This document shows, one piece after another, positions 1 through 8,784 of a stretch of DNA of 64,000 bases. Source of the DNA: Acidobacteriota bacterium (GTDB lineage: Bacteria; Acidobacteriota; UBA890; WLXD01). The DNA is taken from contig CBDFKD010000002.1 in assembly GCA_965248695.1 (NCBI GenBank), forward strand, positions 4,864,001 to 4,928,000, read 5' to 3'. Made by a program: the position numbers and the translations under genes. The notes beneath the pieces were generated by a model. That model saw nothing but the letters and a program-made list of their open reading frames with translations. It did no database searches and had not been told where the DNA came from. Position 1 is the first letter of the stretch. Every line of letters begins with the position of its first letter.

Positions 1-1
1 G

Positions 2-1540
2 ATGCAAGAGTTACGCGTGAAGGTGATCGCGATCGTAGCGATCACGGGGATGTTCGCGTTCCTTGCTTTCACCGAGGACACCAAGCTCGGTCTTGATCTG
101 AGCGGCGGCATTCAGCTGTTGCTGCAGGTCGACACCGATGAGGCCGTTCAGGCCGAGATTCGCGACAACCTCGAGTCGCTCGGCCGAGTGTTCACCGACG
201 AGGCGGTGTCGGTGGACTCGTCCACCGCCGACGAACTGGTCGGCGCCACCATCCGCGCCTCCAGCGATGGCGATGCTGATCGAGTGGTGGAGCTGCTGGC
301 GGAGTACTTCCCCAACACTTACAGCGTCTCCCGGAGCCAGCAGACGGTCACGTTGAGGCTGGTTACGGCCGCCGCGACGTCTGTTCGTGATGGCGCTGTC
401 CGGCAGGCGTTGCAGACGATCCGCAATCGCGTCGACGAATACGGCGTCAGCGAGCCGGTGATTCAGCGCAAGGGCCTGACAGGCGACACCCTGCTGGTAC
501 AGCTGCCCGGCGTGGAGAACCCCGAGCGCGTCAAGGCGCTGTTGCGCAACACGGCGTTGCTCGAGCTGAAGTTGGTGGTAATGGGACCGGCGCTCACCAG
601 GCAGGAGCTCATCACCGCCAGCGGAGGGGCAGTGGCCGCCACCGCGGAGATCCTGGCCGCCAGGCCGGAAGACCAGGCTCCGGCGGGCTTTTACGTCGTG
701 CAGCGGGATCCGGTAGTCACCGGCCGTGACCTCAGGACCGCCCGGATGGGCCAGGACGAGCTCAGCCTGCCGGCGGTCAATTTCACCCTCAACGCCGATG
801 GAGGGCGCACCTTCGCCGACTTCACCAGCGCCAACATCGGTCGCCAGCTGGCGATCGTGCTCGACAACGAGATCTATTCGGCCCCGGTGATCGAAGGCCG
901 CATCGCCGGCAACGGCCAGATCAAGGGGAGCTTCTCGGTTGCCGAAGCGGAAGATCTTGCCCTCGTTCTGCGTTCCGGTGCGCTACCGGCCTCGATCCGC
1001 TATCTCGAAGAGCGCTCGGTAGGGCCGTCGTTGGGCCGAGACTCGATCAATCGCGGCGTTCTTTCGGCCGGCATAGGGTTCGCGATCGTGGTTGCGTTCA
1101 TGCTGGTGTACTACCGCGGCGCAGGCATCAACGCCGTAGTGGCGCTGGCGCTCAACCTGATCGTGGTGATGGGCGTGATGAACGCCCTCGGGGCGGCGCT
1201 GACGCTTCCCGGGATCGCCGGCATGATCCTGCTGATCGGAATGGCCGTTGACGCCAACGTGTTGATCTTCGAGCGTATTCGCGAGGAGCTCGATATCGGC
1301 AAGACGGTGCGAGCATCGATCGACTCCGGATTCGCCAAGGCTTTCTCGGCCATCGTCGACGCGAACATCACGACGCTGGTGGCGGCGGTGTTCCTCTTCC
1401 AGTTCGGCACCGGCCCGGTGCAGGGCTTTGCGGTGACCATTTCGATCGGCATCCTCGCGTCGATGTTCACTTCGATCTTCGTGTCGAGGGTGCTCTTCGA
1501 CATCTGGACTCGCCAGCGCCCGCGGGCGCTCAGCATCTAG
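2..1540 (+). CDS. secD: protein translocase subunit SecD
   Basis: LGLDLSGG, IRNRVDEYGVSEP, GMAVDANVLIFERIREE and DANITT motifs; six TM segments. Confidence 0.97.
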   Translation: MQELRVKVIAIVAITGMFAFLAFTEDTKLGLDLSGGIQLLLQVDTDEAVQAEIRDNLESLGRVFTDEAVSVDSSTADELVGATIRASSDGDADRVVELLAEYFPNTYSVSRSQQTVTLRLVTAAATSVRDGAVRQALQTIRNRVDEYGVSEPVIQRKGLTGDTLLVQLPGVENPERVKALLRNTALLELKLVVMGPALTRQELITASGGAVAATAEILAARPEDQAPAGFYVVQRDPVVTGRDLRTARMGQDELSLPAVNFTLNADGGRTFADFTSANIGRQLAIVLDNEIYSAPVIEGRIAGNGQIKGSFSVAEAEDLALVLRSGALPASIRYLEERSVGPSLGRDSINRGVLSAGIGFAIVVAFMLVYYRGAGINAVVALALNLIVVMGVMNALGAALTLPGIAGMILLIGMAVDANVLIFERIREELDIGKTVRASIDSGFAKAFSAIVDANITTLVAAVFLFQFGTGPVQGFAVTISIGILASMFTSIFVSRVLFDIWTRQRPRALSI

Positions 1541-1548
1541 CGGCCCCC

Positions 1549-2706
1549 ATGCGGTTACTCGCCAAGACGAGCATCGACTTTCTCGGAATGCGCCACAAGG
1601 CGCTGGTGCTGTCCGTCGTGCTGATCGGTATCGGGGCGGCGGCGTTCTTCGTCCGTGGCTCAGTCCTGGGAATCGATTTCGCCGGTGGATCGCAGATCGT
1701 CGCGAAGTTCGCCCAGCCGCCGGATCTGAACGCCCTGCGCAACTCGCTGGCGAGCTCCGGACTGGCAGATGCAACGATTCAGGAGTTCGAAGAGGGCTCG
1801 AACGAGATCCTGGTCCGTACTCCCAGGATCGAGGAGGGCGAGCCACTCGACGTGTCGGTGGCGGCGGTTACCGCCGCCTTTCGTGCGCTTGACGGGGACG
1901 CGGAGTCGGAGCACGACCTCAACATGATCGCCCGCGATCAGCTGCTCGAATTGTTGCTGGCGAGCAATCCGCTGCAGCTCGATCTCACGGCAGAGCTGGA
2001 GAGTGCCCGCGATACCTATCAGGCGCAGGTTCAGCTGGTACTGGACGCCAAACGGATCGTCGGCCTGTTTACCGAGTGGGATCAGCTGGCTGCGGCGGGA
2101 CTCGTGGACTCGGTGTTCGAGAGCCTGCAGTCGAGCGCTCGGCTGGGTGGTTTCACGATCCTGGACAGTGAATCCGTCAGCCCTCAGGTAGGCGACGATC
2201 TACGGCGCCGGACGATCCAGGCGGTCATCTGGGCGCTGTTCGGGATGCTTGCCTACATCAGCTATCGATTCGAGTTCAAGTTCGGCATAGCGGCCGTCGT
2301 TGCGTTGCTTCACGACGTTCTCCTGGTCCTGGGAGCGTTCGTGATTGCCGGGCGAGAGTTCAACTTGCCCGTGGTGGCCGCCTTTCTCACGATCGTCGGC
2401 TATTCGCTCAACGACACGGTGGTCGTGTTTGATCGGGTGCGGGAAAACGGCACCGTGCTGCGGCGGACCTCGCTCTACGAGCGATTCAACATCAGCCTGA
2501 ACCAGACGCTATCGAGGACGGTGCTCACGTCGACGACGACGCTGATCGTGGTCGCAACGCTCTTCCTCTACGGCGGTCCGGTCATCAACGACTTCTCGTT
2601 CGCCCTGCTCGTGGGTGTGCTGGTAGGTACGTACTCGTCGCTCTTCGTCGCCAGCCCGGTGGTCTACGAGTGGCAGGCGCGCGAACAGGCCCGACGTAGA
2701 CGCTGA
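1549..2706 (+). CDS. secF: protein translocase subunit SecF, with a periplasmic insertion
   Basis: LGIDFAGG and GYSLNDTVVVFDRVRE motifs; follows secD. Confidence 0.97.
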   Translation: MRLLAKTSIDFLGMRHKALVLSVVLIGIGAAAFFVRGSVLGIDFAGGSQIVAKFAQPPDLNALRNSLASSGLADATIQEFEEGSNEILVRTPRIEEGEPLDVSVAAVTAAFRALDGDAESEHDLNMIARDQLLELLLASNPLQLDLTAELESARDTYQAQVQLVLDAKRIVGLFTEWDQLAAAGLVDSVFESLQSSARLGGFTILDSESVSPQVGDDLRRRTIQAVIWALFGMLAYISYRFEFKFGIAAVVALLHDVLLVLGAFVIAGREFNLPVVAAFLTIVGYSLNDTVVVFDRVRENGTVLRRTSLYERFNISLNQTLSRTVLTSTTTLIVVATLFLYGGPVINDFSFALLVGVLVGTYSSLFVASPVVYEWQAREQARRRR

Positions 2707-2737
2707 CCCGGGTCTTCGCCGATTGGCGCTGCGCGGG

Positions 2738-2746
2738 TGTTATTCT
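2738..2746 (+). promoter_or_regulatory. putative extended -10 promoter (TGtTATTCT) for rel
   Basis: TGn-TAnnnT match in the secF-rel gap; the same motif recurs before several genes. Confidence 0.45.
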
Positions 2747-2820
2747 GACGCCGCGGCGCCTCTCCTGGGCGCCGCGACTTGTCCATAGGCGCCGCGTGCG
2801 CTCCCCCAGCTCCGATGCCG

Positions 2821-5013
2821 ATGTCCACCCGTAGTGCACCTGGAGTGCCCGACCGGGCCGCTAGCTTCGACGGTTTGATGGCGCAGCTGGCTGCGCAACA
2901 CCTGCCCGAAGAGCTCAATGTCATCCGCCGCGCGCACGAGTTCGCGGTCGCAGCGCATGGAAGCCAGTCGCGCCGCTCCGGTGAGCCGTACGTCAATCAC
3001 ACCGTGGCCACGGCCAGCATCCTGGCGGAGCTGCACCTCGACGCCAACACGATCGCCGTAGCCCTGCTGCACGATGTGCTCGAGGACACGGACGTTACCC
3101 GAGACGAGCTGGCGCAGGACTTCGGCGACGAGGTCGCGAAACTGGTCGAAGGCGTCACCAAGATCGGGCAGATCGAGTTCACCTCGAAAGCGCAGGAGCA
3201 GGCCTACAACTACCGCAAGCTCTTGCTCGCCATGGTCGAGGACGCCCGGGTGCTGCTGGTCAAGCTCGCCGACCGGCTCCACAACATGCGCACGCTGAAA
3301 TGGTTGGGCACGGATGCTCGCCGCCGCATCGCGCGCGAGACCAGTGAGATCTACGCGCCGCTGGCTCACCGGCTGGGGATGGGACGGATCCAGGCGGAGC
3401 TCGAGGATCTGGCCTTCGAGCATCTGGAAACCGAGGCCTTCGAGCGTCTCGGCAAGCTCGTCGAGGGACGCACGCGTGCCGGCAAGGACTTCACCGATCG
3501 CGTCCGGGCGGAGATCGAGCAGGCGCTCGCTGAGCACGATCTCCCCTGCCGCGTCACGCACCGCATCAAGGGCTTGTACAGCCTGCACCGTAAGATGCGA
3601 GGCCGTGATCTCGACTTCGACCAGGTGTTCGATCTGATCGCTTTCCGAATCATCACTGACACCGTTCGAAGCTGCTACGCAGCCCTGGGCATCATGCACA
3701 ACCAATGGAACCCCCTGCCGGGGCGTTTCAAGGATTTCATTGCCATGCCGAAGCGCAACATGTATCAGTCGATTCACACCACGGTGATGGATCGCGGCCG
3801 ACCGTTCGAGGTGCAGATACGAACCGAGGAGATGCACCGGGTCGCCGAGGACGGGATCGCCGCCCACTGGCTGTACAAGGAGGGTCTGGACGCTGCCTCC
3901 GAGGAGACCCAACCATTGGCCTGGCTGCGCCAGCTGGTGGAGTCGCAAGGCGAGGTCTCCGATCCCGGCGAGTTCCTTTCCTCGCTGAAGCTCAATCTGT
4001 ACCCCGACGAGGTGTACGTGTTCACGCCCGACGGTGACGTCAAGGGTTTGCCCCGCGGGGCGACGCCGATCGACTTCGCGTACATGATCCATACCGAGGT
4101 CGGCCAGCACTGCACCGGCGCCAAGATCAACGGCAAGCTGGCGCCGTTGCGTCAGCAGTTGCGCAACGGTGACATCGTGGAGATCACCACGGCGCAGGAC
4201 GCGACGCCGAGTCAAGACTGGCTCAACATCGTGGAGACCTCGCGGGCGCGCAATCGGATCCGCAACTGGCTCAACAAGCAGCAGCGCGCGCGCAGCCTCG
4301 AGCTCGGCAAGAAGATCCTCGAGAAGGAGCTCCGCAAGTACGGCCTGCGCATCAAGAAGCTGATGGCGGACGGCACGCTTGAACGAATTGGCGCCCATTT
4401 CGGTGCTGCCAGCGCGGAGGATCTGCTCGTCGCAGTGAGTTTTGGCAAGGCCGCCCCGAGGACGTTGATCGAAAAGATCCTGCCGCCCGACAAGATGGAG
4501 GCGAGACCTGCCCAGGAGCCGTCACGGCTGCGCCGGATGGTGGATCGCGCGCTCGGCTGGAGCGCTCAGGACGCCATTCAGGTCAAGGGAATGGACGACA
4601 TCATGGTGTATCGAGCCCGTTGTTGTGGGCCGGTACCGGGCGAGGCGATCGTCGGCTACGTGACGCGCGGCAAGGGCGTCTCCGTCCATTCCACGACTTG
4701 CGGGAACATCGCACGCCTGCTGGAGACGGAAGATCGTCGGATTGATGTCGTCTGGAGGGGACAGGAGGGCGCCGTGCTCCCTGTACGGTTGCGCGTCGAG
4801 TTCGATGACCGACCGGGCCTGTTTGCGGCGCTGACATCCAAGATCGCCGAGGGCGGCGCCAACATCCGGCATATCGAGTCGAAGGTCGAGGCCTATACGG
4901 GCCGCGTCGATCTGATCCTCGACGTCACCGACAGCCAGCATCTGCGTACGCTTGTCACCGCAATCGAGATCATCGAGGGTGTCAGGTCCGTACATCGCGG
5001 TCGCGTGCCCTGA
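2821..5013 (+). CDS. rel: bifunctional (p)ppGpp synthetase/hydrolase, RelA/SpoT family (start uncertain, 2779-2821)
   Basis: HD motif LLHDVLED, KLADRLHNMRTL, YQSIHT, EVQIRT; TGS and ACT domains. Confidence 0.96.
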   Translation: MSTRSAPGVPDRAASFDGLMAQLAAQHLPEELNVIRRAHEFAVAAHGSQSRRSGEPYVNHTVATASILAELHLDANTIAVALLHDVLEDTDVTRDELAQDFGDEVAKLVEGVTKIGQIEFTSKAQEQAYNYRKLLLAMVEDARVLLVKLADRLHNMRTLKWLGTDARRRIARETSEIYAPLAHRLGMGRIQAELEDLAFEHLETEAFERLGKLVEGRTRAGKDFTDRVRAEIEQALAEHDLPCRVTHRIKGLYSLHRKMRGRDLDFDQVFDLIAFRIITDTVRSCYAALGIMHNQWNPLPGRFKDFIAMPKRNMYQSIHTTVMDRGRPFEVQIRTEEMHRVAEDGIAAHWLYKEGLDAASEETQPLAWLRQLVESQGEVSDPGEFLSSLKLNLYPDEVYVFTPDGDVKGLPRGATPIDFAYMIHTEVGQHCTGAKINGKLAPLRQQLRNGDIVEITTAQDATPSQDWLNIVETSRARNRIRNWLNKQQRARSLELGKKILEKELRKYGLRIKKLMADGTLERIGAHFGAASAEDLLVAVSFGKAAPRTLIEKILPPDKMEARPAQEPSRLRRMVDRALGWSAQDAIQVKGMDDIMVYRARCCGPVPGEAIVGYVTRGKGVSVHSTTCGNIARLLETEDRRIDVVWRGQEGAVLPVRLRVEFDDRPGLFAALTSKIAEGGANIRHIESKVEAYTGRVDLILDVTDSQHLRTLVTAIEIIEGVRSVHRGRVP

Positions 5014-5018
5014 CGACG

Positions 5019-5043
5019 CTAGTGACCTGTCGCAGGCCACTGC
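5019..5043. repeat. collapsed footprint of the CTAG element ends (CTAGTGACCTG-TCG-CAGGCCACT hairpin)
   Basis: 11/12 match to the left TIR start CTAGTGGCCTGT, fused to CAGGCCACT from the right TIR of the 19272-19822 element. Confidence 0.5.
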
Positions 5044-5083
5044 AATACTCTCCGCTCACCATAAACCGCTTACGGAGGTCCGC

Positions 5084-5476
5084 TTGGGTCATCGTGTGAT
5101 TCATACCGACAGCGCCCCGGGTGCTCTGGGTCCATACTCGCAAGCGACCGAGATCGATCTGAGTGCCGGTCGTTTGATCTTCCTTTCCGGTCAGGTTCCC
5201 ATCGATCCGGCCACTGATGACGTTGTCGATGGCTCGGTCAGCGACCAGGTGCACCGCGTCATGGCCAACCTGGCAGCAGTACTGGAAGCGGCCGGGAGTG
5301 GGTTCGACCGCGTCGTCAAGACCACCATCTTTCTCAAAGACATGGGTGATTTCGCCGCCGTCAATGCGGTCTACGGCGAGTACTTCACCGAAGCACCGCC
5401 GGCGCGCGCCACGGTTGAGGTCTCACGACTTCCCAAAGACGTGCGAGTCGAGATCGAGGCGATCGCCACCGCCTGA
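5084..5476 (+). CDS. ridA: RidA/YjgF family enamine deaminase
   Basis: GPYSQA, SGQVP, PARATVEV, VEIEAIA; GGAGG RBS before TTG at 5084. Confidence 0.92.
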   Translation: MGHRVIHTDSAPGALGPYSQATEIDLSAGRLIFLSGQVPIDPATDDVVDGSVSDQVHRVMANLAAVLEAAGSGFDRVVKTTIFLKDMGDFAAVNAVYGEYFTEAPPARATVEVSRLPKDVRVEIEAIATA

Positions 5477-5647
5477 CTGCCGCCGCGCTCCGCAGCCGAA
5501 GCGAATCAGGGAGTCCGAATCGGCGCGGCCTGTGACCGTCTAATCCGGTGAGGTGAGTCGGTTAACACACCCGCCGTGGGGACGAGTCTCGGACTGTGTA
5601 CGTTTGCGTCCTGCTGTGCACGCGGGCGCAAAACTTCCTGGCGGCGC

Positions 5648-5677
5648 TTGACACTACCCACCGCCGACCATTACAAA
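5648..5677 (+). promoter_or_regulatory. sigma70-like promoter for the pil operon (TTGACA-N18-TACAAA)
   Basis: perfect TTGACA and an AT-rich -10-like box about 50 nt before the pilM start. Confidence 0.55.
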
Positions 5678-5724
5678 TATGGACGGGCGAAAGGCAAGCC
5701 GGGTCCGTTCTGGGGTGGGAATTC

Positions 5725-6867
5725 ATGTTCCTAAGCCGGACCCGACAGATTGTAGGGCTCGATATAGGCTCGCACGCGGTCAAGTTGGTCGCGGTGCGCG
5801 GTGTCAAGGGCGACCTGCCCTTCGAGCTCACTCATTTTGCGACCGCCGAACTTCCCAGCGAAGCGGTCGTGGATGGTGCGATCGTCCGACAAGACGCCGT
5901 CGCCGAGACCATCGCCGAGCTTTTCGACCAGCACAAGATCCGTACCCGCTACGTCGCCGCATCGGTATCGGGCAACGCCGTGATCGTGCGGCGCGTAACC
6001 ATGCCGCGCCAGGATCACGACGCGTTGCGAGACTCCTTGGCCTACGAGGCCGAGGAGTACATCCCCTTCGAACTCGACGATGTCGATCTGGACTTCTCGG
6101 TCCTCGACGAGGATGAAGAGAAGAACACGATGGACGTCGTCCTCGTGGCGGCGAAGCGCGAGCGGGTAGACGAGCACGTCGCAGCCATCGAGGCCTCCAA
6201 GCGAACCGCCACGGTGATGGATATCGACGCCTTCGCGGTGCAGAACGCCTTCGAGTTCAGCTATCCGGAGCGCCAGTTCGAGGACGTGGCGATCCTGAAT
6301 CTCGGTGCGTCGGTGATCAACATGGCGGTGCTGGAGAGCGGCAGGCCGGCATTCTGGCGCGACATCGCCGTGGGAATGAACCAATACACCGCGGCGCTAC
6401 AGAGTCAGTTCATGCTCGATCCGTTCGATGCTGAGGAAGTCCTACGGCGCGTCAGTCGCCGCAACGCCGCCGGGGGACCGCAGGAAGGGGACCGTGGCCT
6501 GGCAGAGTGGAGTGACGACGACGAGACGGGCTCGGAGTTGCAGGATGCCGCAACTGACCCCCGCGTCCTGGAGGTTATCGGCCAGATCTCGGAGCAGGTC
6601 ATCACCGAGATTCGAAAGACCTTCGACTTCTACCAGACACAGTCCCTCCACGAGCATTTCGACGCCATCTTTCTGGCCGGCGGTGGCGCCCATATCGCCG
6701 ATCTGGCCACTCGTCTCGAAGAACGGCTCGGCTGGCCCGTCGAGCAGTTCGATCCGATGCGCCGTATCTCGATCCCGGACACCGGTTTCGATCCCGAGTA
6801 CGTCTGGGAGACGGGTCCCGAATCGACAGTGGCGCTGGGACTGGCGCTACGCGGCGTGACGGAGTGA
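5725..6867 (+). CDS. pilM: type IV pilus assembly protein PilM
   Basis: VGLDIGSHAVK, EAEEYIPF, LAGGGA, VALGLALRG; actin/FtsA-like. Confidence 0.93.
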   Translation: MFLSRTRQIVGLDIGSHAVKLVAVRGVKGDLPFELTHFATAELPSEAVVDGAIVRQDAVAETIAELFDQHKIRTRYVAASVSGNAVIVRRVTMPRQDHDALRDSLAYEAEEYIPFELDDVDLDFSVLDEDEEKNTMDVVLVAAKRERVDEHVAAIEASKRTATVMDIDAFAVQNAFEFSYPERQFEDVAILNLGASVINMAVLESGRPAFWRDIAVGMNQYTAALQSQFMLDPFDAEEVLRRVSRRNAAGGPQEGDRGLAEWSDDDETGSELQDAATDPRVLEVIGQISEQVITEIRKTFDFYQTQSLHEHFDAIFLAGGGAHIADLATRLEERLGWPVEQFDPMRRISIPDTGFDPEYVWETGPESTVALGLALRGVTE

Positions 6868-6874
6868 TCGGCCG

Positions 6875-7490
6875 ATGATCCGTATCAACCTACTGGGTCC
6901 CGAGGCCGGCAAGAAGGGCAAGGGTCTTGGTGCCATCCGCCTTCCGGATCTTTCCGTTGGCGCCACCCAAGGTGGAATTGCGGCGATGTTCATCGTCGTC
7001 CTGGTCGGCATCGCGCTCGCCCTGGTGGATGCAGGGCAATAAGCTCAGCCGGCTGCGCGTCGAGCTCGCCCTCGCCCAGGCGGAGCGTGCCCGCGTCCAG
7101 GAGGTTGCGGACCAGGTGAATGCACTGCAATCGCGCACCGACCTGTTGCAGCAAAAGCTCGAGGTCATCGTTGAGCTCAAGGCCAACCAGACAGGGCCAG
7201 TCATGCTGCTCGACGAGATCAGTCGGTTGGTGACCGATGGTCTGTGGTTGACCAGCCTCGATCTTGCTAGCGGCGACGTCACCCTGCGCGGAGCGGCCTT
7301 GTCCGACAGCCCGGTGGCCGATTTTCTTACCAGCCTGCAGACCTCTCAGTACTTCGAGCAAGTACGGCTGCGCACACTGAATGACTCCGGCGAGACGGTG
7401 CGCTTTTAGATAACGCTCGCCTTCCGGGCGAACAACGCGACGGTCGAGCCGGAGACCACGGTGACCGCCGGTGCGGGAGGTCTTCACTGA
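6875..7490 (+). pseudogene. pilN: PilN, interrupted by a +1 frameshift (about 7020-7022) and an in-frame TAG (7407-7409); real or sequencing error
   Basis: ATG 6875 gives MIRINLL (PilN INLL motif) plus a TM segment; the second frame gives LLDEISRLVTDGLWLTSL; reading through TAG ends at TGA 7488-7490 overlapping the pilO ATG. Confidence 0.85.
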
Positions 7491-8092
7491 TGGCGTTGTC
7501 TCTCAATGACCTGCCGCCGAAACAACAATGGATTGCATCGGCTGGGCTCTGCCTGCTGCTGGTCGGGATCTACTACATGCAGTTCTGGCGCGCTTCGTCT
7601 CGCCAGATCACGCAGACAACGGATGAGATCACCCGGCTCAGCGCCGAGGTCGAACAGATGCAGGCGGTTGCCGGAAGTCTGCCCGAGCTTAGGGCGGAGC
7701 TCTCGGGCCTCGATCGTAGGTTGACGGTCCTGGCCCATATCCTGCCGGAAGAGTACGAGACCGCCGACTTGCTGCGCGGCGTCGGCACGCTTGCGGCGCA
7801 GTCGAATCTGCACATCCGCGATCTCGAGTTTCGCGATCCGGTGCCCTACGAGTTCTATGCGGAATCGCCCATCGAGCTCGAGCTCACCGGCACTTACCAC
7901 GATCTGGCGCGGTTCTTCGATCGCATCGGCAAGTTCGCCCGCATCATCAATGTCGACGAGGTCGCTATCTCAGCGCTCGATTCCACCGATGCGTCCGTCG
8001 AAGCAACCGTGACGGCGATGACCTTCATCTTCATGGAGGACGAGTTCGACGGTCTCGGCGACGACGACTTCGAGGAGCTCTTGGCGCAATGA
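7490..8092 (+). CDS. pilO: type IV pilus assembly protein PilO
   Basis: N-terminal TM, coiled coil, LPEEYE..LL, GTYHDLARFFDRIGKFARIINV. Confidence 0.92.
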   Translation: MALSLNDLPPKQQWIASAGLCLLLVGIYYMQFWRASSRQITQTTDEITRLSAEVEQMQAVAGSLPELRAELSGLDRRLTVLAHILPEEYETADLLRGVGTLAAQSNLHIRDLEFRDPVPYEFYAESPIELELTGTYHDLARFFDRIGKFARIINVDEVAISALDSTDASVEATVTAMTFIFMEDEFDGLGDDDFEELLAQ

Positions 8093-8779
8093 GCCTCCAA
8101 CGTGGGTCCTGGCGATGGAATGCCGGTCTGGCGCTGACCGTTCTGATGCTGGCGCAGGGCAGTTTCGTCTTTGCCGCTCGACTGCGGGCCCCATCCGGCG
8201 AACGGCAACCAGCGGCCCGAGGCTCAACAGGGGCCTCCGGCCGACCTGCAGGAGGTCGCACAAGTCCACGACGACGCCACGGCTGATGTGGTCGCTGCGC
8301 CGCAGCCCGAAGTGTTGATCGATCCGAGCGATCTGCCGGTGATGAATGACGACATGACCGACGACGAGCAGCTGGCGCTGCAGCTCGTCGAGGAAATCCT
8401 GGCGGAACAGAAGATGCTCCTGAGCGGCCAGAACTTCGTCTACAACCCGCGCGGTCGGCGCGATCCGTTCCGTAGCCTCCTGCTGTTGCGCCAGCGCGAG
8501 CTTACCGCCCCGACGCAGCGGCCCCCTGGTTTGCCGGGATTCATGATCGGCGAGATCGAGATCTCCGCACTGGCGCGATTTCAGGGCCGCTGGCACGCGA
8601 TGCTGGTCGGACTCGACCGGCGATCGTATTTCGCCGAGGTCGGCACGCAGTTATACGACGGCCGGATCGTGGCGATCAGCGAGCGCGAAATGATCTTCGA
8701 GCAAGAAGTGGAGGATCTGCTGGGAGCGCGCAGCACCCGTCAGGTGGTCAAGCGACTGGTCAACGACGAGGAACAGTAG
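8089..8779 (+). CDS. PilP-like protein, apparently frameshifted near 8175-8215
   Basis: signal-peptide-like N-terminus in ORF 8089-8286; YNPRGRRDPF motif and beta domain in ORF 8171-8779; lies between pilO and pilQ. Confidence 0.7.
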
Positions 8780-8784
8780 GAGCC

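Noticed and set aside
5678-5724. c-di-GMP riboswitch in the pilM leader (GCGAAAGGCAAGCC)
   Set aside because: Too short, and lacks the two-stem tetraloop/receptor layout
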